Positions 12,518 through 26,652 are shown, numbered from the whole stretch's first letter. The stretch is DNA of 63,147 nucleotides, filler included, from Octopus bimaculoides (GCF_001194135.2; 6 parts of 6 records of this genome joined end to end with filler, not necessarily neighbours in it); one strand, 5' to 3'. Notes: generated from the letters alone by a model not told the origin. A program made the numbers and translations.

Positions 12518-12560
<43 letters not shown>

Positions 12561-12605
12561 TATCTTTAAGTGAGTGTGTCTGTTTTTGTCGCCCCACCGA
12601 TGTGG
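12366..12605 (+). mobile_element. SINE family 1, 5' half
   Basis: tggctgtgtggtaagaagc...ggttcagtcccactgcgtggcaccttg. Confidence 0.8.
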
Positions 12606-13579
12606 AAATCGAACGGGCGAGTATGTTAAGTAATAAGGCACTAAAAAAGAATGACTCTCCCCAGACACAATAAAATATGCTTCAACACACGAACTCACAT
12701 AAAGAAACTTGCAAGCCAATTACAACCAATTCTGATCTTTTTATTTATGAATTAACGATTAAGACATTTTTTATTGAATTTAGTGTCAGAATAAAAGATA
12801 TCCTTATTTATTTATATTTTTTCATCAGTAATTTTAAATAAAATACATTTCCTACTCCACCGTAAATGTTTTAATATATTACATATTATATAGGTATTGA
12901 TATTATATTACAAAATGGCCAGTAGCCAGTGATTATTTTCGATTAAAATACTTTTAGATTAATATTATTGGAGATCCATAAGAACATTTTATGACCGTTG
13001 CAAATTTTCTTTACTTAATTATTTTATCCATTTGAGTTTTGTTGTACTTATTATGTTTTTGAATTGTTAACGCTGACGCTTCTAAATATAGGCATTTTTG
13101 AAGGAGTATTTTCGCAATTTTTGGAATTTGGCAGTCTTTACATGGAATTTCGTATGATTTTTTTAATCAAAGCTCTGAAGAGGCTAGTATACATAGATAG
13201 GAATTTTTTTTAGAAATTCATTACTGGATATAAGTCGAAACAAATTGTTGGCTTTATATGTGTCTTTTTTAAATGTTGTTATGTTATATAATATTATATT
13301 TTTTATAGTATATTATATCATAATGTAAATAAATTTTAGTTTGTCAATAGTATTTCTCCATTTCATTATATGCAACAGAAAGTAATTAGATAAAGTGAAA
13401 AATTTAAAGAAAGAAGAAAAAATGAGAGAAAGAGAAGGACAAAGACGAATGAGATGCTTTCTCGGCAACAAGTATTTTTTATATATATTTATGTATATTG
13501 TTTCTTTTATTTGTTTTGTTTCTTTTGTAGTGTTTGTCTGACGTGTTCATGTCAATCAAAAATAGGTCTTCCTGGAGAA

Positions 13580-14110
13580 ATTACCACCACCATCACCATC
13601 GCCAATTCTACTACTTCTGGCACCACCGCCACCACCATCACCATCCCACCGATCACCACAACAATCACTACCACTGCTACTACCACTAATACCACCAATC
13701 ACTTCAGCGCCACTATTACTACTACTATAAAAATCACCACTACCGGTGTTGATGATGGTGGTGGTAGTGGTGGTGGTGGTTGTGTTGGTGGTGGTTGTGT
13801 TGGTGGTGGTGGTGGTAGTGGTGGTGGTGGTGGTGGTGGTGGTGGTGGTGGTGGTGGTCTGCATAACACGACTAACGATAACTTCCAATCTACGAACGAC
13901 GACTTGCAGCTGACGCACGGTGTGTGGTCGTGACCATCACGACTGTATATTGATGATGATGATGATGATGATGAAGATGATGGTGATTTTGATGACGATG
14001 ATGATGATGATGACGATGGTGATGGTGATGGTGGTGGTGATGATGATGATGATGATGATGACGACGACGATGGTGATGATGACGATGATGATAATGGTGG
14101 TGGTGGTACA
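13580..14110. repeat. (ACC)n/(GGT)n/(GAT)n microsatellite field
   Basis: Directly visible. Confidence 0.95.
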
Positions 14111-16988
14111 TTTGTATATGTATATATGTATTTTTAGAGCCTAGTGTTTATTCTGTCGCTTTTCTCTTACCGAACCGCTAGATTACAGGGAAGTAAACAA
14201 ACCAACTTTCAGTTTCCGTCTACCAAATCCACTCGCATAGATGCATAGATGAGTATGTGTGTCTGTGTGTCTGTGTGATTTAGTGCGTCTAAGCGGACAT
14301 ATTTTAATCATTAAGAATACACAACGACTCAACCGGTATTCAGTACTGTGATTTTATAACTAACAAATAACTTATTTGGAAATTTCATTTACTATTCACC
14401 TAATCAGCCGATGTATAACAAGAGCTAATCAATCGTTAAGAATTCCACAACACACATATTTAATACATAGCAGGCGTAGAAACACTGCGACTGAGTGGCG
14501 AATGAATCACTGAAGTGGTCACTGTATCCATCGGTAAAATATAATAAACCACTGGAAAAGGCGGAGGGAAAATAACTCGAGAGAGTGAAGGAGAGAGAGA
14601 GAGAGGAAAGGGGAGAAAGAGAGGAAGGGTGAGAGGGGGGAAAGATTTTAGAAAGAAAGGGAGAGAGCAGGGGGCGGGGAGAGATACTGGGAGAGAATAA
14701 GTTGGGGACGTTTAAATACATACCAGGAGTAATACAGGAAATATATTCACATGAAACTCGGCAACATATATATATATATANNNNNNNNNNNNNNNNNNNN
14801 NNNNNNNNNNNNNNNNNNNNNNNNNNNNNNNNNNNNNNNNNNNNNNNNNNNNNNNNNNNNNNNNNNNNNNNNNNNNNNNNNNNNNNNNNNNNNNNNNNNN
14901 NNNNNNNNNNNNNNNNNNNNNNNNNNNNNNNNNNNNNNNNNNNNNNNNNNNNNNNNNNNNNNNNNNNNNNNNNNNNNNNNNNNNNNNNNNNNNNNNNNNN
15001 NNNNNNNNNNNNNNNNNNNNNNNNNNNNNNNNNNNNNNNNNNNNNNNNNNNNNNNNNNNNNNNNNNNNNNNNNNNNNNNNNNNNNNNNNNNNNNNNNNNN
15101 NNNNNNNNNNNNNNNNNNNNNNNNNNNNNNNNNNNNNNNNNNNNNNNNNNNNNNNNNNNNNNNNNNNNNNNNNNNNNNNNNNNNNNNNNNNNNNNNNNNN
15201 NNNNNNNNNNNNNNNNNNNNNNNNNNNNNNNNNNNNNNNNNNNNNNNNNNNNNNNNNNNNNNNNNNNNNNNNNNNNNNNNNNNNNNNNNNNNNNNNNNNN
15301 NNNNNNNNNNNNNNNNNNNNNNNNNNNNNNNNNNNNNNNNNNNNNNNNNNNNNNNNNNNNNNNNNNNNNNNNNNNNNNNNNNNNNNNNNNNNNNNNNNNN
15401 NNNNNNNNNNNNNNNNNNNNNNNNNNNNNNNNNNNNNNNNNNNNNNNNNNNNNNNNNNNNNNNNNNNNNNNNNNNNNNNNNNNNNNNNNNNNNNNNNNNN
15501 NNNNNNNNNNNNNNNNNNNNNNNNNNNNNNNNNNNNNNNNNNATATATATATATATATATATATATATAAGTATGTATGTATGTATGTATGTATGTATAT
15601 ATATGCTATAATTATGTGTAAGTACATAGATTCGTAGACATACAGCAAACACTTAAACTGAGTAGAAGTACTTAAAACTAAGTTGACTATTACAGCCGTA
15701 TGCATCAACATACAAAGCCATACATATATACACCCGAACACACAAATATACGCCAGCAGTGTGCTTACATATACACATATACTAAAACATTATAAGCTAT
15801 TTAATAGTACTCAAACACTTCCCCCCACCTCACCATCCTTTCCTCTCTCACTTTCTTTCACAAACACACACACACATACACATGCTATCATACTCAAGAA
15901 CATAGAAATTCGTATACGGATACACGAACAAACACATTCACAATACGCATACATACCATGCAGTATGAACATACATGGATATATATTCACTATATTCATG
16001 CATAGCAAATTATATGAGTATACTTACGAACGCAGACAACTTGATGCGCCATTTATCCAAGTCGGCAGACAGAAATCTTAGAATGCTGTCTTCCAGCAAT
16101 CGTTTTCTTCTTGTTTGTATGATTATATATACATATACGTATATGCATTTTTTTTTGTTATTATTATATTATAATCAAAGAACAAAGAATATGGAACAAA
16201 GACATACCAATAAAAAAGAATTTTCAATGAATATAATTGAATAATTTTTCGATATTTAAAATATGGTATACGATTGTCGTCTGCATTGAATGGTGAGGAG
16301 ACAAAGATCTGAATCACTGGTGGCTTTATAATACGATGTGTATGATTAAGATCAACTGTTTTATATTAGTTTAAAGAGAGAAGAGTTGGGTAGTAAGACA
16401 AAATACCATTAACATAACACACATACACACACACAGGTCACAGCATTTGTTTTTGCACCGCACACCAGCTCTAAGTTGTTGAGTTTATATTCAAACGTCA
16501 TTATATAAGTTTATTCATTATAATTAATATACAATTGAATGTTTTTCAGCAACGATCGTGTGTGGGAGCTTCAAAAACTAAGGACGAACACAAGTATATT
16601 TTAAAGTTCCAACGTGCGTCTCACCATTATGGTAGTTTGGAGCCCTATGATAGATGTTCCAAATGNNNNNNNNNNNNNNNNNNNNNNNNNNNNNNNNNNN
16701 NNNNNNNNNNNNNNNNNNNNNNNNNNNNNNNNNNNNNNNNNNNNNNNNNNNNNNNNNNNNNNNNNNNNNNNNNNNNNNNNNNNNNNNNNNNNNNNNNNNN
16801 NNNNNNNNNNNNNNNNNNNNNNNNNNNNNNNNNNNNNNNNNNNNNNNNNNNNNNNNNNNNNNNNNNNNNNNNNNNNNNNNNNNNNNNNNNNNNNNNNNNN
16901 NNNNNNNNNNNNNNNNNNNNNNNNNNNNNNNNNNNNNNNNNNNNNNNNNNNNNNNNNNNNNNNNNNNNNNNNNNNNNNNNNNNNNNNN

Positions 16989-17034
<46 letters not shown>

Positions 17035-17238
17035 TGTGTGTGTGTGTATGTGTGTGTGTCTTTTAATTGTTTCATTTATTGGACTGCAACCATGATGAGG
17101 TACCGCCATGAAGGGCTTAGTCGAACAACTCTGATTGAATAGACTGGATAACTAGAATTCAAAACACGAGTATATCTGTGTGTATATGTGTGTGTGTGTG
17201 TGCGCGTGTGTGTCAAAAGGATGGATGAACCTAATGTA

Positions 17239-17456
17239 CGAGGGGGTGCTGAAAAGTTCCTGGCATTGATTAATAGAAAATACAAGAGGATCGGTTAATC
17301 ATGATTTTATGCAACATATTCACCTCTCAGATTCACACATTTATTGCAGCGACCCTTCAGCTTTTCTAAGCCCTGCAAAAGAATACGGAGTGTTGGGCCT
17401 TCAGCTAGGCTATTCACAATACCTCTAAAGCCAGAAAGTTTTCAGTAACCCCCTCG
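17239..17456. mobile_element. Tc1/mariner MITE, 218 bp
   Basis: TIRs cgagggggtgctgaaaagttcctggc and gccagaaagttttcagtaaccccctcg, both flanked by a TA TSD. Confidence 0.92.
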
Positions 17457-18186
17457 TAGATTCAATAACATGGGCTCTCAGAAATTTTGGATCGATGTCG
17501 GGCGTGCTAGAAGACAACTGCTTGTGTGTTTGTGTGTGTACGTGTGTGTGTATGTTTGTGTATGTGTGTATTTGTGTGTGTGTGTGTGTGTGTGTCTGTG
17601 TGTGTGTGTGTCTGTGTGTGTGTGTGTCTGTGTGTGTGTGTGNNNNNNNNNNNNNNNNNNNNNNNNNNNNNNNNNNNNNNNNNNNNNNNNNNNNNNNNNN
17701 NNNNNNNNNNNNNNNNNNNNNNNNNNNNNNNNNNNNNNNNNNNNNNNNNNNNNNNNNNNNNNNNNNNNNNNNNNNNNNNNNNNNNNNNNNNNNNNNNNNN
17801 NNNNNNNNNNNNNNNNNNNNNNNNNNNNNNNNNNNNNNNNNNNNNNNNNNNNNNNNNNNNNNNNNNNNNNNNNNNNNNNNNNNNNNNNNNNNNNNNNNNN
17901 NNNNNNNNNNNNNNNNNNNNNNNNNNNNNNNNNNNNNNNNNNNNNNNNNNNNNNNNNNNNNNNNNNNNNNNNNNNNNNNNNNNNNNNNNNNNNNNNNNNN
18001 NNNNNNNNNNNNNNNNNNNNNNNNNNNNNNNNNNNNNNNNNNNNNNNNNNNNNNNNNNNNNNNNNNNNNNNNNNNNNNNNNNNNNNNNNNNNNNNNNNNN
18101 NNNNNNNNNNNNNNNNNNNNGTATTCTTCGCCGACAAATTCTTCTTTGACACCTCAAATGTTGTGTTGTCTGATATATATATATAT

Positions 18187-18247
<61 letters not shown>

Positions 18248-18366
18248 TGTATGTATGTATGTATGAGAGCATGTATACGTATACATATATATATTTATAC
18301 ACATATATACATACACATATATATGTACATGTATTTATATATACTTATACACACTCTCATACATAC

Positions 18367-18456
<90 letters not shown>

Positions 18457-18885
18457 ATGTATATGTATGGATTATATTTTTTTATAGCCTCATCGCTTTT
18501 CAATCCATTCCGGCGACGGACTTATTTAAATTAACCGATGACACAAGCTTATGATGACAGTTTACTTTTTTAAATGGTTTTTACTTTGTTTTTGTTCAAT
18601 ATTTATTTTTATAATTTATATTATCGTTGGCACTGTATTTGAAAGCAATATTGAAACCCTGAGCCGGATAATGTTTTCCTTTCCCTTCTTTAAGTTTTGG
18701 TTGTTGTTGTTTTTTTGCTTTTTTTTTTTCAATTATACATTTATACACAAGAACACCCATGTATATACATATACGCATTCACACAAACACACGCAGTCAC
18801 ACGTATAGACACCTTCACATTCACGCATACATACACCTATTTGAGAACATGTCACGCTTCTTTCAATATATGTATGTCTGTATAG

Positions 18886-19050
18886 AAGGCGGCGTGCTGG
18901 CAGAAACGTTAGTACGCCGGGCGAAATGCTTAGCGGTATTTCGCCTGTCGCTACGTTCTGAGTTCAAATTCCGCCGAGGTCGACTTTGCCTTTCATCCTT
19001 TCGAGATCGATAAATTAAGAACCAGTTGCATATTGGAGTCGTTCTAATCG
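18886..19050 (+). mobile_element. tRNA-derived SINE family 2 (Meta-domain-like core)
   Basis: ggcggcgtgctggcagaaacgttag...ctgagttcaaattccgccgaggtcgactttgcctttcatcctttcgagatcgataaattaag. The superfamily assignment is from memory. Confidence 0.8.
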
Positions 19051-19409
19051 AGAAACAGAAGGTATTCATGTTAGGATAGAGGTTGAGCTTAGAGAAGATA
19101 ATGAACCTATGAGGTATCATAATTGTATAAGTCTGTGGAGTAATCAAATTGTAAATTTATCGAATTAATTACAGTTACAATGGGGGTTATTCTGACTAGG
19201 GTAGAGATGAAAGGAAAGAAATATAGAGTATATTGCCATAAGATTATTTTAATGCATATACAAATACTAATAGGTACATGGATCAAGACTTCCGGATAAT
19301 TTCTTTAAAATATACGGAGTAACATCCCGAGGAAAAATTGGTATACTTATATATATAAATCGGCAACATGACCATCCCCAAATACAACAAATTTTGGAGG
19401 AGTGATAAG

Positions 19410-19575
19410 ACGATTGCATCGACCCTAGTACTCAAGTGGTACTTACTTTATTGACCCCTAAAGGATGAAAGGCAAAGTCGACCTCGGCGGAATTTGAACT
19501 CAGAACGTAGCACTATGAAAGACACTGCTAAGCATTTCGTCCGACGTGCTAACGATTCTGCCAGCTCGCCGCTTT
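19410..19575 (-). mobile_element. SINE family 2
   Basis: aaggatgaaaggcaaagtcgacctcggcggaatttgaactcagaac...ttctgccagctcgccgc. Confidence 0.82.
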
Positions 19576-19783
19576 ATGTATGTATGTATGTATGTATGTA
19601 TGTATGTATGTATGTATGTATGTATACATCAAAACAAGAAATTTGAAAATTTTTTGATATTATCTATTCGCCATTGCACATGTTTCATTTCCTAATAGGA
19701 TTTACAAAAATTTACATGTTGGATAAAGATGTAAGAAATTTACTAATAGAGATTCTTCAGGCAGAAAATCAAATAATACTTAC

Positions 19784-20152
19784 AACAAGAGCACTCAGAG
19801 AGCGCAAACCTCTGCCAAAGCAACACCAACATCTTCTCAACGATTAGCCGGAGATGATTTTTTAAATGAGAATATCTGAAATAAACTCGATTGCTCTCAC
19901 AAACTAAAAATGAACCCGACCGCTCTCAAAAATGAAGTAAAAACAAAACAGGAAAAAATAATCCAGAATCTTTGTCCAGCACCGGATCGATCCCAAAATC
20001 TAATCAGTTCGTGCCAGGCACGAAGCTAAACATTTCTGACAGTTCCATCTGAATCAATCCAGCGGTTCTTGAGATATCTTGTCCACAGACAAACAAACAA
20101 ACAAATGCAACTGAAAACAATACCTCCGCCTTCGCTAAGGCAGAGGTGATAA
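19784..20152 (+). mobile_element. Helentron-associated non-autonomous element (DINE-1/Pearl-like)
   Basis: 5' subterminal repeat acctctgcc (19808-19816) is inverted relative to ggcagaggt (20139-20147). The 3' hairpin acctccgcctt-cgct-aaggcagaggt is preceded by an (ACAA)n microsatellite. Confidence 0.7.
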
Positions 20153-20332
20153 AACAAAACCAGACTTTCAAAAAATAGTACTGGGGTCGATTTGTTCGAA
20201 GGTGGTGCTCCAGCATGGCCGCAGTCCAATATCTGAAACATGTAAAAGATATGAAAAAAGAAATAAAGGATAATAATCTTATTTCTTCATACTTTCCTTA
20301 TTTTTTTTACCGTTTTCCTCTCCCACACACAT

Positions 20333-20401
<69 letters not shown>

Positions 20402-20810
20402 GTGTTTTGTTTTGCTTTTTTTTTTCTATGTCTCTCTTCCTTGTTTTCTCATCTCTACCTCCTTTTCTTTCTATGCCGCACCAATCCCGTACCGCTACAG
20501 ATAAAGATATGGAACTAAATCTAAACAAAATTGTCAAAATCCATCTCATGGGAGATTAGAGTTTCCAGCAATCAGATTAACAGGAGCTGTTGGTCTTTGA
20601 AAAAAATTCCCTCTACGGGAACCTCTGTAAGCGTTGATATCATGAACTACGGTTTACAGTTTCCGTTCACTGATACATACAGGCTGTGCATTATGGGCAA
20701 CAGCTCAGAGCTGCTATAAATCTATTCCGAGGTGAGATCATATCCTATCCCAGAGCCCAGTTTTTCTTTTAGTAGCAAACATAGTGTGATTACCCAGAGC
20801 ATTTAACGAA

Positions 20811-21193
20811 GGCGCAGGAGTGGCTGTGTGGTAAGTAGCTTGCTTACCAACCACATGGTTCCGGGTTCAGTCCCACTGCCTGGCAACTTGGGCAATTGTC
20901 TTCTACAATAGCCTCGGGCCGACCAAAGCTTTGTGAGTGGATTTGGTAGACGGAAACTGAAAGAAGCCCGTCGTATATATGTGTATATATATACATATGT
21001 GTTTGTGTGTCTGTGTTTGTCTCCCCAACATCGCTTGACAACCGATGGTGGTGTGTTTATGTCCCCGTAACTTAGCGGTTCGGCAAGAGAGACCGATGGA
21101 ATAAGTCGATTTGCTCGACTAAAGGCGGTGCTCCAGCATGGCCGCAGTTAAATGACTGAAACAAGTAAAAGAGAGTAAAAAGAGTAAAAGAGA
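20811..21193 (+). mobile_element. tRNA-derived SINE family 1, near full length
   Basis: Pol III A-box tggctgtgtgg (20821) and B-box gggttcagtcc (20863), an internal (TA/TG) microsatellite, and tail aaatgactgaaacaagtaaaagag. Many copies occur in this window. Confidence 0.85.
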
Positions 21194-21428
21194 CTATTCT
21201 TAGAGTTAAAAATTATATTTCGTAATTTTGGTTCAGTTTTGTTAAATGTTACCGTTGTTTAGTCTCAATCATTTGTCAGTTAGGGATTGAATAAGTTCCC
21301 AAAGGGCTTAGTTATCGGGAGGATGGGAGTTCGATATTAATTGAATTGCAATATTTGAAGGCAGTACCCCAGTCTAGTGCCAGTATAATATACTGAAATA
21401 AGTAAATCAATAAGTAGTAGTCGTCGTC

Positions 21429-21488
<60 letters not shown>

Positions 21489-22066
21489 TAGTGTAACCCG
21501 AGCTTAACCTCTACATTAAGTTTAGCTGCTAATGTGTTTGTGCTTAACTGAACTTAGTTCAACAACAGATTTTTAACACAGCAAATTAGTCGTAATCTAC
21601 ATTTAATGTACATGATATAAATACATTATATATATATATATATATATATATATTCATATTTATCAATTACATATAAAGATAAAATCTATTTAAGATTTTA
21701 TCAAGTAGCCAGCATGTAAAATCAATTAAGGTAAAAATTTAATACTACGGATATAATTTTGGGATTCTTTTAAAATACATTATTACATTAAGGGTTGTTA
21801 CTATAAGTAAAGCCACGCGCTGGAAAGGGACGCTAAGCCAAGCTACAAACACACACAGAGATATATATACACATATATATATATATAATATAGAATGGGA
21901 CAAGAACGCAAAACATCCAGACAGTAAGGTGATACAAGAAAGGGGCAAAAAAACATCCAGACAGACGATACAAAGAAAACAAGGACAGGTCATTCGGAGT
22001 TTTCTTTCTTCAGTCGAGATCCAGATTATCTTTGCAATTTCGGCTGGTTATATATATAAATATATA

Positions 22067-22230
22067 GGCGCAGGAGTGGCTGTGTGGTAAGTAGCTTGCT
22101 TACCAACCACATGGTTCTGGGTTCAGTCCCACTGCGTGGAACCTTAGGCAACTGTCTTCTACGATAACCTCGGGCCGATCAAAGCCTTGTGAATGGATTT
22201 GGTAAACGGAAACTGAAAGAAGCTTGTTGC
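22067..22230 (+). mobile_element. SINE family 1, head
   Basis: ggcgcaggagtggctgtgtggtaagtagcttgcttaccaaccacatgg..., ending at a microsatellite and gap. Confidence 0.85.
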
Positions 22231-22247
22231 ATATATATATATATATA

Positions 22248-22347
22248 NNNNNNNNNNNNNNNNNNNNNNNNNNNNNNNNNNNNNNNNNNNNTTAATTAAT
22301 TAANNNNNNNNNNNNNNNNNNNNNNNNNNNNNNNNNNNNNNNNNNNN
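22248..22347. other. Assembly linker gap
   Basis: Same N44/12-mer/N44 pattern. Confidence 0.97.
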
Positions 22348-22429
22348 TATATATATATGTATATATATATATATATATATATAGTATACATAGATATGTA
22401 ATATATGTATATATAATATATGTATATAA

Positions 22430-22940
22430 GTAGAAGTAGGGGTTCACCAAGGATCAGTCCTCAGCCCCCTCTTATTTGTTATAATCCTCCAGGCAATAAC
22501 AGAGGAATTCAAGACAGAATGCCCTTAGGAGCTCCTCTATGCTGATGACCTTGCTCTAATAGCCCAGTCATTGCCAGAACTGGAGACAAAGTTTAGGAAG
22601 CAAGGTCTAGAATCGAAAGGTCTTAGGGTTAACCTAGCAAAAACCAAAGTCTTAGTAAGTAGGAAGGCTGCCAAATCACAACCCCCTTCAGGTTGATGGC
22701 CTTGCTCAATCTGTAGAAAACTCCATACGATGTACCCGGTGTAAGCTATGGACACATAAAAGGTGCAGCAATATCAAAGGAAGGTTAACTGGGAAGGTAG
22801 TTTTTATGTGTGGCAGATGCACTGGGGCAATAAACACTGAAGATGTACAGAAAACCGATTCCATCACATGCTAATGGGAGAAACTAGAAGTTGTTAATAG
22901 CTTCTGCTACCTAGGTGACCAAGTTTGTAGTTGGGGTGGT
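22430..22940 (+). mobile_element. RTE-clade LINE reverse-transcriptase fragment
   Basis: VGVHQGSVLSPLLFVIILQAITEEF...ELLYADDLALIA (YADD at 22538), ESKGLRVNLAKTKV, a Cys-rich insert and SFCYLGD, with stops and indels. Confidence 0.92.
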
Positions 22941-23250
22941 TGATGCCAGGTCCGCCTGACTGGCTCCCGTGCCAGTGGCACATAAAAAGCACCAACCGAT
23001 TGTGACTGATGCCAGTACCCCTGACTGGCTCCTGTGCCAGTGACGCATAAAAGGCACCTACTACACTCTTGGAGTGGTTGGCGTTAGGAAGGGCATCCAG
23101 CTGTAGAAACATTGCCAGATCAGATTGAAGCCTGGTGCAGCTGGTGGCTCTCCAGACCTCAGTCAAACCGTCCAACCTATGCCAGCATGGAAAGTGGACA
23201 TTAAACGATGATGCTGCTGCTACTGCTGCTGACGATGATGATGATGATGA

Positions 23251-23252
<2 letters not shown>
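22940..23252 (+). mobile_element. RTE-related SINE / non-autonomous element with (GAT)n tail
   Basis: Repeated ctgactggctcc(c/t)gtgccagtggcacataaaaagcacc units, ggcgttaggaagggcatccagctgtagaaac, and tail gccagcatggaaagtggacattaaacgatgatg. Confidence 0.8.
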
Positions 23253-23291
<39 letters not shown>

Positions 23292-25549
23292 NNNNNNNNN
23301 NNNNNNNNNNNNNNNNNNNNNNNNNNNNNNNNNNNNNNNNNNNNNNNNNNNNNNNNNNNNNNNNNNNNNNNNNNNNNNNNNNNNNNNNNNNNNNNNNNNN
23401 NNNNNNNNNNNNNNNNNNNNNNNNNNNNNNNNNNNNNNNNNNNNNNNNNNNNNNNNNNNNNNNNNNNNNNNNNNNNNNNNNNNNNNNNNNNNNNNNNNNN
23501 NNNNNNNNNNNNNNNNNNNNNNNNNNNNNNNNNNNNNNNNNNNNNNNNNNNNNNNNNNNNNNNNNNNNNNNNNNNNNNNNNNNNNNNNNNNNNNNNNNNN
23601 NNNNNNNNNNNNNNNNNNNNNNNNNNNNNNNNNNNNNNNNNNNNNNNNNNNNNNNNNNNNNNNNNNNNNNNNNNNNNNNNNNNNNNNNNNNNNNNNNNNN
23701 NNNNNNNNNNNNNNNNNNNNNNNNNNNNNNNNNNNNNNNNNNNNNNNNNNNNNNNNNNNNNNNNNNNNNNNNNNNNNNNNNNNNNNNNNNNNNNNNNNNN
23801 NNNNNNNNNNNNNNNNNNNNNNNNNNNNNNNNNNNNNNNNNNNNNNNNNNNNNNNNNNNNNNNNNNNNNNNNNNNNNNNNNNNNNNNNNNNNNNNNNNNN
23901 NNNNNNNNNNNNNNNNNNNNNNNNNNNNNNNNNNNNNNNNNNNNNNNNNNNNNNNNNNNNNNNNNNNNNNNNNNNNNNNNNNNNNNNNTTATATCTGTGG
24001 GTTTGCTAAATTAAGTACCAGTCAAGTACTGGACCTAATTCTTCTCATTCTCTCTCTCTCTCCCTCTCTCTCTCCCTCCCTCTCTCTCCCTCCCTCCCCC
24101 CTCTCTCTCACACACACACACCTCTGAATCAGTTATGTTGTACAACCAGACAGGTCTTGGTTGATCACTCACAGTATCTCTTTCTTCAGAAATGGAGAAG
24201 AATTCAGTGAGGGCTTAGGAACCTCTTCTCATGAAAAAAAAAAAAAAAAAACCTAGAATAACTGATATGCTACTGAAACCCTTCAAGAGTGGCCTGATGT
24301 GCAGCACTGAATGTTACAGCTAAAGTAAATGTAATATAAAAACATCCATGCATATATACATACATACACACATTACATACATGCACAGACATGCACACAC
24401 ACATGCACATGCACACATATATATATACACAACACATTAAATACATGTATACATATACACATGTATAATGCTTACATATACATATGTATGTATGCATTTC
24501 TGATTTCTAAGAAAGAAAGACATCTACGAATCTAATGCAATAAGGGCAGATCCTAACTGTTGTTCTGCAATCAAAACGGTTGAATAGCTTGCACGTGGTT
24601 GAAATCAATTTGACATAAAGAGAAAATGAGAGAGAAAAAGAGAGAGGAAGATAGATAGATAGATAGATAGATAGGTAGAGAAAGAAAGAAAGAAAGAGAG
24701 AGAGCAATAAACAAGATAAAATACAGGTAAGAAAATATAGACAAAATATCTGGCAAAAAGTGAAGGTTTTAATTTAAGCAATTGATAGGTATTAATAATA
24801 ATTTAATCTCAATTAGGAAGATGAAATCTTCTTTGGGTTGATATATGTTTTGTATATTCCAAGAAAGAATAAAAAAGAATCAGCTTATTTCTGTCTTTCT
24901 CTGGAAGAGGTTAAGGAAATGGTGATATGTCTTAAGGACATGAAAAACTGATCCAAAAAATCTGAAATTAATATTTATTAAGATTAGTGAAAAGTTATTT
25001 TGCTTTATTCTTATTGGCATTCCGTTGAGATCAAGTGGTTTATTAGTAAGAGAGAAAAAAAAATACAATACATATATATATATATACATAACAAAATGAT
25101 AATTGCAGTTATTCATTTCCAAATTTCTATCTACGAAGAAAAGGTAAAAAAAAAAAGGAAAGAAAAAAGGAAAAAGATAAAAATTTATAAAGCAATGCAT
25201 TAACATGAATTGTGGTTTCTCATTGATGAGTGCTTTCTTTTTGTTTTTGAGGATACATTGACAAAATCTATGATATAAATATATATACATAAAACAGCCA
25301 ATCTATGTGAGATGCAGAGAGGGCTCTTCAATTCAACTCTCTTAAAGATATTTTCTTGTATAACTGGACTCTGGACACGTCATTTAATTTCATATGACCC
25401 CCTGCATTAAACTACCAATAATATTTACCATGTGCTAGATCTGCTGGATATGTCACCTGTAATAAAGTGGAATTCCTTCTAAACTAATTGGAGCAGGAGG
25501 AAAGAGATTTATCTTCCATTCATTCAGTTTCACCAGATCAGAGACAGAT

Positions 25550-25765
25550 AAGGTGGCGAGCAAACAGAACCCTTTGTATGCCTGGCAAAATGCTTAGTGG
25601 CATTTCACCCAGCTTTAAGTTCCGAGATCAAATTCTACCAAGGCTGATTTTGCCTTTCATCCTTTTGAGGCCAATAAAATAAGTACCAATTGAATACTGG
25701 GTTGATGCAACCAACAAGACACTTCCCCTAAAATTGCTGGCCTTGTGCCAAAATTTGAAACCAGT
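25550..25765 (+). mobile_element. SINE family 2, CpG-decayed
   Basis: aaggtggcgag...gcaaaatgcttagtggcatttc...gcctttcatccttttgaggccaataaaataagtacc. Confidence 0.75.
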
Positions 25766-26591
25766 ATCAGAGATAGGTACCATCCTTATAAACATCTGGG
25801 AGCTGTGGTAGTTATTTTTTTTACTTATTTAATTCAAGAATAGGCTAATGGACAACCAACTAAGAGGACAACTGTCCATCATATTCTACTGCCAGCATTG
25901 CATTGTGTCCATGGTTAAGACACATATCTTACAATTACCCAATCCACTAAGCTGTTGATGGATAACTCAGAGTAGAAACAGCCCAATATTGTAAGCAGTA
26001 AAAGCACTGTAACATTCTCAAGTATTTCTTTAGCTCATAGTGTTGAGTTCAACTATTCCTTTTCTTTCTCCTTCTGTCTCCTTCCACTATTTCTTAGGGG
26101 TATGACCAGAATAGGTGTTTGACTCAATTGGCATCATCTAAATATAACAATGCAACCTTAATCCCTTGACAATTATATAACATCCATTGATGGATGACTT
26201 TGATTAGGCAAACATGAATGTAATTTAGCTGCTGTGCAGACTGTTAGCGTAGTATTTTATTTGATATTAAGATTATGAATGATGGTATTATTTTTCATTT
26301 ATTAAAATTTTTTTTTTTTGATTTTTGCATACTTAACATTATAAGCGACTTGCTTTATTGCTTCAAGTTGCCTTATTGAATCAAACCTGAAGGACTTTCT
26401 TATATCATAGACTTTATCAACAGTTCATCTCTTGCTCAGAACTGATGAAAAAACACAATGTTTATTAGAATACTCCATGTATAGAAACTCTGTTATTCAT
26501 ATGATATGATATATATAATATACATATGTTATATATGTACATACATTATATATATAAATATATATACATATAAATATATGTATGTACATGC

Positions 26592-26652
<61 letters not shown>

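Noticed and set aside
20480-20720. Unique-looking stretch with short open frames (HGRLEFPAIRLTGAVGL)
   Set aside because: Stops occur next to each candidate acceptor, and I recognise no family motif.
20811-20880. tRNA genes at the SINE heads
   Set aside because: A/B boxes are present but no cloverleaf forms, and each continues into a SINE body.
21890-22050. Minus-strand CUGAAGA...CGAAU...GUC as another hammerhead
   Set aside because: GAAA is broken and no stem I can be formed; it is probably a repeat terminus but is not supportable as a ribozyme.
22950-23070. Spaced direct repeats resembling a CRISPR-like array
   Set aside because: Only 2 units, internal to a eukaryotic SINE head; no cas genes.
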